Shown: piece by piece, positions 51,615 through 63,725 of the stretch
Layout of the letters: each line of letters opens with the position of its first letter
Numbering within the stretch: the first letter of the stretch is position 1
Assembly: GCA_034521815.1 (NCBI GenBank)
Contig: JAXHLW010000013.1
Coordinates: 1,216,001-1,280,000, forward strand
Direction: 5' to 3'
Source of the DNA: Trueperaceae bacterium
Lineage (GTDB): Bacteria > Deinococcota > Deinococci > Deinococcales > Trueperaceae
DNA: 64,000 nucleotides
Translations under genes and position numbers: made by a program
Notes under the pieces: model-generated
The model's input: the letters and a program-made list of their open reading frames with translations, nothing else
The model's database searches: none
Told to the model about the DNA's origin: nothing

Positions 51615-53496
51615 GGGAGCCGTCCGCGCGCTGTGGTGGCTGGTGGCGCTGTCCCTCGTTCCCGCCGCGCTTCTCGGCTGGCAGCGCCACCGTGCCGAGG
51701 GCGACACCCGGCGCGTCGCCATCGTCATGGACGAAGACGCGCTCGAGACGCAGGCCCGCACCCTGAATCGCGATCCGTTCGAGCTCGCGCTCCACTACCG
51801 CTCGCTGGGCCTACCCGGCATCGCGATCTACGAGCAGACCCCCAGGAGCCTGGCCGCCGACGGACGCGCCGCGATGATCACGGGCGCGGACGCGATCGCG
51901 CAGACGGTCGCGAACGGCCTGCCGCCTCCCGACGTTCCCGCCCACGCCACCCTGATCCGTGCGCTCGAGCCGGGGGCGCTCGACGACCTGATCGCAGCGA
52001 TGCCCGCGCCGCCCGACACCGTCCGCCTGGGCGGGCACGACTGGTGGGCGCTACCCGGCGACGACGCCGAGATTCGTCCGGCGGGCCCGGACCGCACGAA
52101 GGTCGCCCGGTACGTGGAGGCCGGCTTCGACGTCGCCTACCGACCCCGCAACGCGCCCGGCCTGCGCGACGTGGGCGCGACGTTCCCAGGGCGCGCCCGC
52201 TACCTGATCCACGCCGGCCTGGACGTCGCCGGCCATCCGCACGACCTGACCGGGCTGGCGGACGCCTCGCAGGCGTACTGGACCGCGGTCATCGAGGGCA
52301 CGCCGCAGGACGGCTTCGCCGCGCTGCGCGGCAAGGTCCCCACGGTCCGCCTGTTGAGCTTCAATCAGGACTACCTGAACCAGGGGCTGCGTCCCGCCGA
52401 GGTGGTGGACAAGTACCTGCTCGCCGCCGAGGAGCGCAACGTCCGGCTGCTCTACCTGCGGCCCTACACCGAGCAGCAGCTCGGCGACATGCTGGCCAAC
52501 ACCGAAGCCCTGGTCGGCGGACTCGTCGCCGCGCTCGAGGCGTCCGGCTTCGAGATCGGCCCGCTCCCCTTGGACCAGGAGAGCCTGGGCGACTATGCGC
52601 CGTCGCGCTGGCTTCGCGCGGCCGCCGCCGTCGGCGTCCTCGCCGGCCTCGGCCTGCTGGCCGCGCTCTACCCCGGCGTGTGGGGACTGCTGGCCGCGGC
52701 GGCGGTCGGCGGGCTCGGCGTGGTGGCGGCTGGACTCGATTGGGACGCCCTGGCGCTGATCGCGGCGCTCGTCTTCCCGGTTCTCGGCTACGGCCGTCCG
52801 CTGCGCGAAGGCTCCTTTCGTACAGGCACCGATCGTACAGGCACCGACGAGCCCGACCGCAGAGGGGCGTGGATCCTGCTGCGCGCGACCGCCGTGAGCC
52901 TGATCGGCGCGATCCTGCTGGTGGCGGTGGGAAGCGACAGGGCGTCGGTCCTGGGCGTCGAGCCGTTCAGGGGCGTCGCCGCGACGCTGGTCGTCCCGCC
53001 GGCGCTCTTCCTCGCGCACGCGATGCTGCGCGAGCGCGGTCCGGCCGGCTGGCTGCGCACCTTGTGGTCGCGTGAGATCCGCCTCGGCCCGGCCATGTTG
53101 GCCGCCGTGGGCGTGGCCGCTCTGGCCCTCGTCGTCATCCGCCGCGGCAACACCCCGATCATCGGCGCCAGCGAGCTGGAGCTCGAGATCCGCGAAGCGC
53201 TGGCCTCCGCCTTCGCCCGGCCCCGCTTCAAGGAGCTGCTCGGGCATCCGCTCGGACTGCTGGGTCTGACCGGAAAGGGGTGGCCGGAGTGGATCCGCGC
53301 TCCGCTGCTCACCGGGGGCGTGATCGCCCAGGCCAGCATCCTGAACAGCTTCGCGCACTACCACACGCCGCTGGCGATCTCGCTGGAGCGCACGATCGTC
53401 GCGCTGGCGCTGGGCGGCGCGTTGGGCCTGGCGGGCGTGATCATCGCGCGACCGCTGGTCCGCTGGGGTCGTCGCTGGCTGGACGCAGCGGCGTGA
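51607..53496 (+). CDS. DUF5693 family membrane protein (csaB-associated)
   Basis: AAEERNVRLLYLRP, FRGV, RRGN, RPRFKELLGHP, SILNSFAHYHTP. Confidence 0.8.
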   Translation: MPEGAVRALWWLVALSLVPAALLGWQRHRAEGDTRRVAIVMDEDALETQARTLNRDPFELALHYRSLGLPGIAIYEQTPRSLAADGRAAMITGADAIAQTVANGLPPPDVPAHATLIRALEPGALDDLIAAMPAPPDTVRLGGHDWWALPGDDAEIRPAGPDRTKVARYVEAGFDVAYRPRNAPGLRDVGATFPGRARYLIHAGLDVAGHPHDLTGLADASQAYWTAVIEGTPQDGFAALRGKVPTVRLLSFNQDYLNQGLRPAEVVDKYLLAAEERNVRLLYLRPYTEQQLGDMLANTEALVGGLVAALEASGFEIGPLPLDQESLGDYAPSRWLRAAAAVGVLAGLGLLAALYPGVWGLLAAAAVGGLGVVAAGLDWDALALIAALVFPVLGYGRPLREGSFRTGTDRTGTDEPDRRGAWILLRATAVSLIGAILLVAVGSDRASVLGVEPFRGVAATLVVPPALFLAHAMLRERGPAGWLRTLWSREIRLGPAMLAAVGVAALALVVIRRGNTPIIGASELELEIREALASAFARPRFKELLGHPLGLLGLTGKGWPEWIRAPLLTGGVIAQASILNSFAHYHTPLAISLERTIVALALGGALGLAGVIIARPLVRWGRRWLDAAA

Positions 53497-54542
53497 AGGT
53501 CCTCGTGTCGGGCTACCTCGGCCAGGGAAACCTGGGCGACGAGGCGATCTTCGCGGGGCTCGCCCGCGGCCTCGCCGCGCGCGGACACGCGGTGCAGGCG
53601 TTGAGCGGCGCCCCCGCCGCGACGCGAGCGTCGCACGGGGTTCCCGCCTGGCATCGCCTGCGCGACCTCCCCTGGGCGCTGAGCCGGGCCGACGCGGTCG
53701 TCTCCGGCGGCGGCGGGCTCCTCCAGGACGCGACCAGCCATCGCAGCCTGCTGTACTACCTCGGCGTGATCCGAGCCGCCCGGGCGACCGGCGCACGGGT
53801 CGTGGTGGCCGGACAATCGATCGGACCGCTCTCGGCCCGAGGCCGCCGAGCGGTCGCGGGAGCGCTGGCCGGACTGCCGGTCGCCGTGCGCGACGCGCCC
53901 TCGCAGGCGCTCCTCGCGGAGATGGGGATCGACGCGCCCCGCTTCGCCGACCTGGCGCTCGCCCTGCCGCTCAGGAGCGTGCGACGGGTCGGCGGCGTGC
54001 TGCTGGTGCCGCGCGCCGACGTGGCGGGCGCGCGAGCCGGGCTCGTGGCCGTCGCCCGCGACGCCCTCGGAGCGGGCCGTCCCGTGGGCGTCGTCCCGCT
54101 CCAGCGCGGAGCCGACGAGGAGGAGGCCGACGCGATCGTCGCCGAGGTTCCCGGCGCGGAGCGGCGCCACGCCGACACCGCCGGTCGCGCCCTGGCGCGC
54201 TGCGCCGAAGCGGACCTGGTCGTCTCCGTCCGCCTCCACGGCCTGATCCTGGCCGCACGAGCCGGCGTCGCCCACGTCGGCGTGGCGTACGACCCGAAGG
54301 TGGACGGGTTCTTGGAGCGTAGCGGCGGAGCGTCGGCACAGGTCCCCGTCGACGCGGACGAGCTCGGACGCCTGGCCACCGCAGCGACCCGGCCGGCGGC
54401 GGGGCTCGGCGAGTCGCTGCGGGCCTCCGCCGAGGCGGGGCTCGACTGGCTCGACGAAGCGCTCCGCCAGGGCTCCGAGCCCGGTCGCGGCGATCCCGCC
54501 GACGGGCGAACCGGCGGGGCGCCGGGTAGCATGGCGCCATGA
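53493..54542 (+). CDS. csaB: Polysaccharide pyruvyl transferase
   Basis: SGYLGQGNLGDEAI, SGGGGLLQDATS..SLLYY, QSIGPL, VRD, VRLHGLI, YDPKV. Confidence 0.9.
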   Translation: MKVLVSGYLGQGNLGDEAIFAGLARGLAARGHAVQALSGAPAATRASHGVPAWHRLRDLPWALSRADAVVSGGGGLLQDATSHRSLLYYLGVIRAARATGARVVVAGQSIGPLSARGRRAVAGALAGLPVAVRDAPSQALLAEMGIDAPRFADLALALPLRSVRRVGGVLLVPRADVAGARAGLVAVARDALGAGRPVGVVPLQRGADEEEADAIVAEVPGAERRHADTAGRALARCAEADLVVSVRLHGLILAARAGVAHVGVAYDPKVDGFLERSGGASAQVPVDADELGRLATAATRPAAGLGESLRASAEAGLDWLDEALRQGSEPGRGDPADGRTGGAPGSMAP

Positions 54543-55348
54543 GTCGCACCCGCGCCCCCTGGACGCCCTGCGCCACGGCCCCGCCGGCCCGAGCGGCGCT
54601 CGTTGCGATCGTCGCGGCCGCGCTGCTCGGCCTGTCGTCCGGCCAGGGCGACCCCGCCTCCGCGATGCGCGACCTGCTGGCCCGCGGCTACTACAACGCC
54701 GCGGCCCAGCTCGAGGGACCGAACCTGGTCCAGCAACGCCCGGACGACCCCGAGGCGCACTACCTGTACGCGCGCGCCGCCTGGCTGACCGACGACCTGA
54801 CCACCGCACGGCGCGAGCTGGACGCCGCCCTGGCGCTGGTGGGGAGCCCGCCCGCCCCGTACGTGCACCTGAACGGTCTGTTGAGGGCCGCGGAAGGGGA
54901 CGCCGAGGGCGCGTTGCGCTCGCTCGAGAACGCCTTCCTCCGCAGTCGCGACTACCAGCACGGCATGGACTACGGCCTGATCGCATGGCGCGAAGGACGT
55001 CTCGAGACCGCCCTCTCGGCGTACGCCGCGGCCGCCGAGACGACGCGCGGGCAGCGCGAGCCGTGGCCGCACCTGAACCGGGGTCGGATCCTGGCACGCG
55101 TGGGTCGGAGCGACGAGGCGGTGGAGGCGTTCGAGATGGCGATCGAGGTGTTCGAGCGCAGCGATCCGGGCGGTGTCGTGCCGCCATCGGCCGCCTACGT
55201 CGAGGCGTTCTACCGGCTGGGCAGGCTCAGGGAAGCGGCAGGCGACCTCGCCAGGGCCGAGCAGGACTACAAAGCGGCGCGCAGCATCGACCCGAACTAC
55301 ACGCCTGCGATCCAGGCGCTCGACGCGCTGACGCGCCGGTTGGAGTGA
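54539..55348 (+). CDS. Secreted TPR-repeat protein
   Basis: Signal peptide and TPR units (AHYLYARA, PHLNRGRILAR, AFYRLGRL). Confidence 0.8.
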   Translation: MSRTRAPWTPCATAPPARAALVAIVAAALLGLSSGQGDPASAMRDLLARGYYNAAAQLEGPNLVQQRPDDPEAHYLYARAAWLTDDLTTARRELDAALALVGSPPAPYVHLNGLLRAAEGDAEGALRSLENAFLRSRDYQHGMDYGLIAWREGRLETALSAYAAAAETTRGQREPWPHLNRGRILARVGRSDEAVEAFEMAIEVFERSDPGGVVPPSAAYVEAFYRLGRLREAAGDLARAEQDYKAARSIDPNYTPAIQALDALTRRLE

Positions 55349-55410
55349 GCGACCAGGCGCGCCGGAAAGCGTGACCCGGGTCGCGCCGTGGACGACGACG
55401 CGCGCTGGGC

Positions 55411-56682
55411 TCAGTTCACCGTTCGCGTGCGCCGGGCGGCGAAATCCTGAAGCACGTAGCGGCCGATCGTGCGTGGCGTCGTGAAGTACGCCTTGCCTCG
55501 CGTCATCGCGCTCACCCTCTGCACGAACGCGATCAGCTCGGGATCGCGGGCCAGCATGAAGGTGTTGATCTGGATTCCCTCGCGGCGACACGCCGCCACT
55601 TCGCGCAGCGTCTCGCCCATCACCACCGGATCGAGCCCGTAGGCGTTCTTGTAGATCCGACCGTTCGGCAGCGTGATCGCCGACGGCTTGCCGTCCGTGA
55701 TCATCACCACCTGCTTCATCTCCTTGCTCTCGCGCTTCAGCAGCCTGCGCGCGGTGCTCAGACCCTGCGCCGTGTTCGTGTGGTAGGGGCCCACCCGCGC
55801 CTGGGCCAGCCGAGCCAGGGGGATCTCCTCGGCCCCGTCGTGGAACAGCACGAAGCGCACGCTGTCGCCCGGGTACTGCGTGCGGATCATGTGCGCCAAG
55901 GCCAACGCCACCTGCTTCGCCGGCGTGAAGCGGTCCTCGCCGTAGAGGATCATCGAGTGGCTGCAGTCCAGCATCACCACCGTCGCGGCGGCCGCCTGCA
56001 GCTCGGCCTGCTGGACGTGCAGATCGTCCTCGCGCAGCTCGATCGGGCCGTCGCCGTTCGCGCGAGCCGCCGCGGACTTGAACGTCTCGCCGAGGTCGAG
56101 GTTCATCGCGTCTCCGAACGAATACGGGCGACTCTCGCCCACCGCCTCGATTCCGGCGATGCGGGCGCGCGTCTCGTGCGCGCCCAAGGTGCCGCCCCCG
56201 CGCCCCCCGAGCACGTCGCGCAACGTCCGGTAGCCGAGGAAGTCGATCGACTTGTCGGTCAGCTCGAAGCGGGCCTCGCCCGGGTCGCCCTGCCGCGGGT
56301 CGTCCTGCCACGGCTCGCCCTGGCCCGAGCCGTCCCCGGCCTCGGCCGCCGGACCGCCGTCGCCACCCTCGGCGCGCAGGTAGCCCTCGCGCTCCAGGCG
56401 GCGGGCCAGCTCGCGCACCATCTCGCCCAGCGCGCTGTCCAGCCAGTCGTCCGCCTCCATCGCCGCCTCGAGGACGTCGTCCGGAATCCTTCCCGATCGG
56501 AAGAGCGCCTCGGCGATCGCCTCGTACAGGTCGCGCATCGTGCGACCCGCGTCCGGATCGGGCGAGAACGGGTCGCGCTCGAACCCCGACGAGAGCAGAC
56601 GATCCTGGAGGAGGCGCATCAGCTCCGCCATGTCCAGGTCGTCGAGCGTCGCCTCGTAGCGCGAGAATCGGGTCGATCCCAT
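55411..56682 (-). CDS. vWA domain protein
   Basis: MIDAS motif [17 protein letters not shown]. Confidence 0.88.
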   Translation of the reverse strand: MGSTRFSRYEATLDDLDMAELMRLLQDRLLSSGFERDPFSPDPDAGRTMRDLYEAIAEALFRSGRIPDDVLEAAMEADDWLDSALGEMVRELARRLEREGYLRAEGGDGGPAAEAGDGSGQGEPWQDDPRQGDPGEARFELTDKSIDFLGYRTLRDVLGGRGGGTLGAHETRARIAGIEAVGESRPYSFGDAMNLDLGETFKSAAARANGDGPIELREDDLHVQQAELQAAAATVVMLDCSHSMILYGEDRFTPAKQVALALAHMIRTQYPGDSVRFVLFHDGAEEIPLARLAQARVGPYHTNTAQGLSTARRLLKRESKEMKQVVMITDGKPSAITLPNGRIYKNAYGLDPVVMGETLREVAACRREGIQINTFMLARDPELIAFVQRVSAMTRGKAYFTTPRTIGRYVLQDFAARRTRTVN

Positions 56683-56690
56683 CGTCGTCC

Positions 56691-58187
56691 TCAGTTCCAG
56701 CGCCGCCGGGCGGCGCCGGCCTCGCGCGCGTCCGGCTCGACGGCGACGTAGCCGCGCTCCTCGCTCCGTCCGATGCGCCTGCGGGCGTGGAGCCCCTCGA
56801 GGACGAACTCGCCGGCGGCGGCACGCTCGTCCGCGTCGGTCCCGCCCGAGAGCGTGGCGCTGGCCTCCAGAAGCCCGGGCACCTGCGCCATCTCGTCCAG
56901 CCAGCGGTCGGCGGGGACCTCTCCGGGCAGCCGCAGGACGGCATCGTTCTCGAACCAGGCGACCACCTCCTCGACCTCGAGCTCGCCCGCGTGCGCCGTG
57001 AAGGTGCGGCCGATCGCCTCCCGGACGATGTCGCGGGCGACCGCCTCGCCGCCCTTGAGCTCGCCTTCGTACTCGAGCTCCAGCTTTCCGGTCACGGCCG
57101 ACAGCGCCTGGTACAGATCACTGATCCTCGCGACGGGGCGCGTGTCGCCGTGCGCCAGCGCCCGACGTTCGGCGTTCGAGATCACCGTCTCGAGCAGCGA
57201 GATCGGCAGACGCTGCGAGACGCCGGAATGCTTGTCGACCCGGGCGTCCTCGCGCGCGATGAAGGCGACCTGCTCGACGGCCTCGGCCACCCAGGCGGGC
57301 ACCAGCACGTCGGCGTCCCGCGCCGTCCAGGCCTCCTGCGCCGTGACGCGCATGCCCTCCTCGACCGTCCCCTGGTAGTGGGTGCGGACCTCGCTCCCGA
57401 TTCGGTCCTTGAGCGGCGTGATGATCTTGCCGCGGGCGGTGTAGTCCTCGGGGTTGGCGCTGAAGACCAGCAGCACGTCCAGCGGCAGCCGGACGGGGTA
57501 GCCGCGGATCTGGACGTCACCCTCCTGCATCACGTTGAACAGCGCGACCTGCACCTTGCCGGACAGGTCGGGAAGCTCGTTCACCGCGAACACGCCGCGA
57601 TTCGCACGCGGCAACAGGCCGTAGTGCACGCTGCGCTCGTCGCCGAGGCGCGTGCCCAGCCGGGACGCCTTGATCGGGTCGATGTCGCCGACGATGTCGG
57701 CGACGGTCACGTCGGGCGTGGCGAGCTTCTCGACGTAGCGCGCCTCGCGGGGCAGCCAGGCCACCTCGGCCTCGTCGCCCTGCTCGGCAACGATCGTTCG
57801 GCCTTCGAGCGAGACGGGCGCCAGCGGATCGTCGTTGAGCTCCGAGCCGGCCAGGACCGGCACCAGCGGGTCGAGCAAGTCGGTGAGCTGACGCAGCATC
57901 CGCGTCTTCGCCTGGCCGCGAAGACCCAGCAGGATGAAGTTGTGGCGGGCGAGCAGCGCGTTCACGATCTGCGGAACGACCGTGTCGTCGTAGCCGACGA
58001 TGCCGGGAAACACCGGCCCGCCCTGGCGAAGACGGCTCACGAGATTCGCCCTCAGCTCGTCTTTGACGCTGCGACCCGCGAGAGCGGCCCAGCGGCTCGC
58101 CCGGAGCTCGCCCAGGGTCGCCGGGCGGGCGCCGTCGGCGCCACCTACGGGGGTGCCGGCGAGAGGGGTGCGTGCGGGATCGTCCAT
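56691..58187 (-). CDS. AAA+ ATPase, magnesium-chelatase/MoxR-like
   Basis: Walker A variant [42 protein letters not shown]. Confidence 0.88.
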   Translation of the reverse strand: MDDPARTPLAGTPVGGADGARPATLGELRASRWAALAGRSVKDELRANLVSRLRQGGPVFPGIVGYDDTVVPQIVNALLARHNFILLGLRGQAKTRMLRQLTDLLDPLVPVLAGSELNDDPLAPVSLEGRTIVAEQGDEAEVAWLPREARYVEKLATPDVTVADIVGDIDPIKASRLGTRLGDERSVHYGLLPRANRGVFAVNELPDLSGKVQVALFNVMQEGDVQIRGYPVRLPLDVLLVFSANPEDYTARGKIITPLKDRIGSEVRTHYQGTVEEGMRVTAQEAWTARDADVLVPAWVAEAVEQVAFIAREDARVDKHSGVSQRLPISLLETVISNAERRALAHGDTRPVARISDLYQALSAVTGKLELEYEGELKGGEAVARDIVREAIGRTFTAHAGELEVEEVVAWFENDAVLRLPGEVPADRWLDEMAQVPGLLEASATLSGGTDADERAAAGEFVLEGLHARRRIGRSEERGYVAVEPDAREAGAARRRWN

Positions 58188-58284
58188 GGGGCATGGTAGC
58201 ACCGGCCTCCGGGCGGTCGATATCGCGCCAGACTGCAATGCGGCCGCCATCGTGCTCCGGTCCGGTGCCCAGGTACAGTGCGCC

Positions 58285-59550
58285 ATGCACGCGACGGACG
58301 CACCGATGGACGCACCGATGGAAGCACCGATCCGCAGCGCCGAGATCGTCGCGGTCGGAACCGAGCTGCTGCTCGGCGAGATCGTGGACACGAACGGCGC
58401 CTGGCTGGCGGCGACGCTGGCCGACCGCGGGGTGGACGTGTACTGGTCGGTCCGCGTCGGCGACAACCTCGCACGCGTCCGCGAAGCGCTCGAGGCGGCC
58501 CTCGAGCGGAGCGACCTGGTGGTCACCAGCGGGGGGCTCGGCCCGACCGAGGACGATCTCACCCGTGAGGCGATCGCGGCGGTGGCCGGCGAGACGCCGA
58601 CCGTCGATCCGGTGCTCGAGGACGAGCTGCGCGCCCGGTTCGCGCGAATGGACCGGTCGATGCCGGAAGCCAACGTCAAGCAGGCCTGGACGATCCCGTC
58701 CTCGGAAACGCTTCCCAACCCGCGCGGCACGGCGCCCGGCTGGCTGGTCAGGCTGCAGCGCGGCGGCCGGACCCGCTACGTCGCGGCCCTGCCCGGACCG
58801 CCACGCGAGCTGCTGCGCATGGTCGAGCACGAGCTTCTCCCCAGGCTGCCGCTCCCCGAAAGCCGGCTGTGGACCACCACGCTGAAGGTCGGCGGCTTGG
58901 GCGAGTCGCACGTCGCTGCGGTGCTGGCCGAGCTCACCGCCGGCGCCAACCCGAGCGTCGCGACGTACGCTCGCGCGGACGGCGTGCACGTCCGGGTCGC
59001 GGCCAAAGGCCCCGACGCCGAGGCGGCCGAGACGCTTGGGCGGCCGGTCGCGCTGGAGGTCGCGGCGCGGCTGGGCGACGCGGTCTGGGGCGCCGACGAC
59101 GACGATCTCGCGTCGGTCGTGATCGATGCCCTGCACCGTTCCGGTCGCCGGCTCGCGGTGGTCGAGCGCGCGACCGGAGGACGCCTGGCGTCCGCCCTTT
59201 CCGCGGCCGACGAGCGGCGCTCGGCGCTCGCTGGGGCCGTGGTAGCATGGCAGGTCGATGCGATGGACACGCTCGGGCCGCCGGCCGCCTCCCTTCGGGG
59301 CGCGAACGCCGCCGAGGCGGCGGTCGGAGCTCGCGCGTTCTTCGCTGCCGACGCAGCGATCGCCGTGGGCGAGCTGCGCGCGATGGACGACGAGGACGGA
59401 GGCGTCTCGGTGGACGTCGCCGTCCGCGATGCGCAAGGGGACGAGACGGACACGGTCCGCCTCCTCGAGCGCGGCGGGCCCTGGGTACGCGACCGCGTCG
59501 TGCTACGGGCCCTCGACCTCCTGAGGCGCCGCCTACGGGACACCCGCTAA
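58285..59550 (+). CDS. cinA: CinA family protein (MocF-like domain plus degenerate PncC domain)
   Basis: [46 protein letters not shown]; upstream of recA. Confidence 0.9.
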   Translation: MHATDAPMDAPMEAPIRSAEIVAVGTELLLGEIVDTNGAWLAATLADRGVDVYWSVRVGDNLARVREALEAALERSDLVVTSGGLGPTEDDLTREAIAAVAGETPTVDPVLEDELRARFARMDRSMPEANVKQAWTIPSSETLPNPRGTAPGWLVRLQRGGRTRYVAALPGPPRELLRMVEHELLPRLPLPESRLWTTTLKVGGLGESHVAAVLAELTAGANPSVATYARADGVHVRVAAKGPDAEAAETLGRPVALEVAARLGDAVWGADDDDLASVVIDALHRSGRRLAVVERATGGRLASALSAADERRSALAGAVVAWQVDAMDTLGPPAASLRGANAAEAAVGARAFFAADAAIAVGELRAMDDEDGGVSVDVAVRDAQGDETDTVRLLERGGPWVRDRVVLRALDLLRRRLRDTR

Positions 59551-59595
59551 GGATCATGGACCGCGCCCGCTCCGGCGCGTTGGAGGCGAGACCGA

Positions 59596-60710
59596 ATGGC
59601 CGAGACGAGCAGCGATCCGCGCCGCAAGGCGCTCGAGACCACCCTTCTCCAGATCGAGCGTCAGTTCGGGAAGGGTGCGGTGATGCGGCTTGGGGACGAG
59701 TCGCAGCGGGAGAAGATCGCGGTGATTTCGACGGGGTCGATGAGTGTGGATCTGGCTCTGGGGATCGGTGGGGTGCCGCGGGGTCGGGTGGTGGAGATCT
59801 ACGGTCCGGAGTCGGGTGGGAAGACGACGCTGGCGTTGCACATCATCGCGGAGGCGCAGGCGGCGGGGGGCGTGGCGGCGTTCGTGGACGCGGAGCATGC
59901 GTTGGATCCGAGCTACGCGGAGAACCTGGGCGTGAACGTGAGCGATCTGTTGGTGTCGCAGCCGGATACGGGGGAGCAGGCGCTGGAGATTACCGAGCTG
60001 TTGATCCGGTCGGGTGCGGTGGATGTGGTGGTGATCGATAGTGTCGCTGCGTTGGTGCCGCGTGCGGAGATCGAGGGCGAGATGGGGGATGCGCATGTGG
60101 GGTTGCAGGCGCGGTTGATGAGTCAGGCGCTCCGGAAGTTGACGAGCGTGCTGGCGAAGTCGCGGACGACGGCGGTGTTCATCAATCAGATTCGCGAGAA
60201 GATCGGGGTGATGTACGGCAATCCGGAGACCACGCCGGGGGGTCGCGCCCTGAAGTTCTACGCGAGTGTCCGCATGGAGGTGCGTCGCAAGGGGGACGTG
60301 AAGGTGGGGGCGGACAAGGTGGGGAATCGGACGCGGGTGAAGGTGACGAAGAACAAGGTGGCTCCGCCGTTCAAGGAGGCGGAGGTGGAGATCATTTTCG
60401 GTCGGGGGATCGACAAGATCGGGGATCTCCTGGGCATCGCGACGGATCTGGATGTGGTGCAGAAGAGCGGGTCGTGGTTCTCGTACGGGGAGACGCGTTT
60501 GGGGCAGGGCAAGGAGAAGGCGGGCGAGTTTCTCGCGGAGCGTCCGGAGCTGTTGACGCAGATTCGTAGCGAAGTGACCGAGCGGCTGAAACCGAAACCG
60601 AAGGGGGACGCGGCGGCCGACGGCGCGAGCGCATCGGCGTCGCCGAGCGCGGCCGGCGCCCCCGCGAACGACGGTCCGACCACCGGGACGAGCAGCTCGG
60701 ACGGCGCGGC

Positions 60711-60714
<4 letters not shown>
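59596..60714 (+). CDS. recA: Recombinase RecA
   Basis: [50 protein letters not shown]. Confidence 0.99.
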
Positions 60715-62381
<1,667 letters not shown>

Positions 62382-62585
62382 CGGGCCGGGTCGTGGCTAC
62401 GCACCGGGTCGGGTGCCCCGGCGGGTCTGGGGTATGCTCTCCGCCGTCGGTTCGAAGGTAGCGACGCGCCGCGACTCTCCTGCGAGGTGGAACGTGCAGA
62501 GGTGGAACGTGCAAAGGCCTGACCGCAGACGCCCTGTCCCCCGCTTTCGAGCGCGCTCTCACGTCCTGAGCCAGGGGCGGCGCCC

Positions 62586-63530
62586 ATGAGGGTCGGAGAC
62601 GACGTCAAGCTCTTCAGCGGGACGGCGACGCCGGACCTCGCACGGGCCGTCGCGGAGAACCTGGGGATGCGGCTCTCGAACGGCTCGGTGTCGCGGTTTC
62701 CCGACGGCGAGACCCGCATCCAGATCGACGAGAGCGTCCGCGGCGCGGACTGCTACATCGTTCAGTCCACCTGCGCACCGGTGAACCACAGCCTGATGGA
62801 GGTGCTCGTCCTCGCCGATGCGCTCAAGCGCGCCTCGGCCTGGCGCGTGAACGCGGTGGTGCCGTACTTCGGCTACGCCCGGCAGGACAAGAAGGTCCAG
62901 GCGCGCGAGCCGATCACCGCCAAGCTGGTCGCGAACCTGATGCAGACCGCCGGCGTGGACCGCGTCATCACCGTGGACCTTCACGCCGGGCAGATCCAGG
63001 GATTCTTCGACGTGCCCGTCGACCACCTCACCGCGCTCGACATTCTGGGCGATCACCTGGAGAAGGACGACCTGTCGGACTCGGTCGTCGTGTCGCCCGA
63101 CGTCGGTCGCGCCACCGAGGCGCGCCGGCTGGCCAACTACCTGGACCTGCCGCTCGCGATGCTGTACAAGCGTCGCACCAGCCCCACCGAGATCCACGTG
63201 ACGCACGTCATCGGCGACGTCGCAGGCCTGCGTCCGATCATGATCGACGACATGATCTCGACGGCAGGCACGATGCGTAACGGGATCGACGCCCTGCTGC
63301 GACTGGGCGCGCGACCCGACGTCACCGTCGCGGCGACCCACGCCGTGTTCACGCCACCCGCGCTGGAGCGCCTCACGCACCCGGCGATCGGGCGCATCGT
63401 CGTCACCGACACGGTGCCGTTCGCCGGCGGGCACGACGGCGTCGAAGTGCTGTCCGTGGCGCCGTTGTTGGCGAAGGCGATCCGGAACGTGCACGACAAC
63501 GCCTCGGTGAGCTCGCTCTTCAGCGGCTGA
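62586..63530 (+). CDS. prs: Ribose-phosphate pyrophosphokinase
   Basis: FPDGE, PYFGYARQDKK, DLHAGQIQGFF, IDDMISTAGT. Confidence 0.96.
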   Translation: MRVGDDVKLFSGTATPDLARAVAENLGMRLSNGSVSRFPDGETRIQIDESVRGADCYIVQSTCAPVNHSLMEVLVLADALKRASAWRVNAVVPYFGYARQDKKVQAREPITAKLVANLMQTAGVDRVITVDLHAGQIQGFFDVPVDHLTALDILGDHLEKDDLSDSVVVSPDVGRATEARRLANYLDLPLAMLYKRRTSPTEIHVTHVIGDVAGLRPIMIDDMISTAGTMRNGIDALLRLGARPDVTVAATHAVFTPPALERLTHPAIGRIVVTDTVPFAGGHDGVEVLSVAPLLAKAIRNVHDNASVSSLFSG

Positions 63531-63553
63531 CGCGCCGTTCGCTCGTCGCCCGC

Positions 63554-63583
63554 TTGCGGTGGGGAGCCAGGAACGAGTATCCT
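63554..63583 (+). promoter_or_regulatory. Probable rplY promoter
   Basis: TTGCGG-N18-TATCCT about 140 nt upstream of the ATG. Confidence 0.45.
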
Positions 63584-63725
63584 CGCATGTTGCGATGCGC
63601 GTCCCGTCATCGGGGCGCGCACCCGCCTGCGCACACCGGCGCGCCGTTCTCCGGCGCAGCGGGGTCCGCGGGCGCAGGAACCGACGCCAGGCGCCAGCGC
63701 GCGCTGGCCGCCACGGGAGGCACGC

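Noticed and set aside
53756-56944. 1062-aa minus-strand ORF and many other long overlapping ORFs (e.g. 41682-44498, 24240-26417, 49108-51108)
   Set aside because: Arg/Gly/Pro-rich shadow frames of well-supported genes, expected at this GC content; no recognisable motifs.
58188-59595. RDRM (DdrO) or LexA operator upstream of cinA or recA
   Set aside because: No AT-rich palindrome of either type seen in the two intergenic regions.
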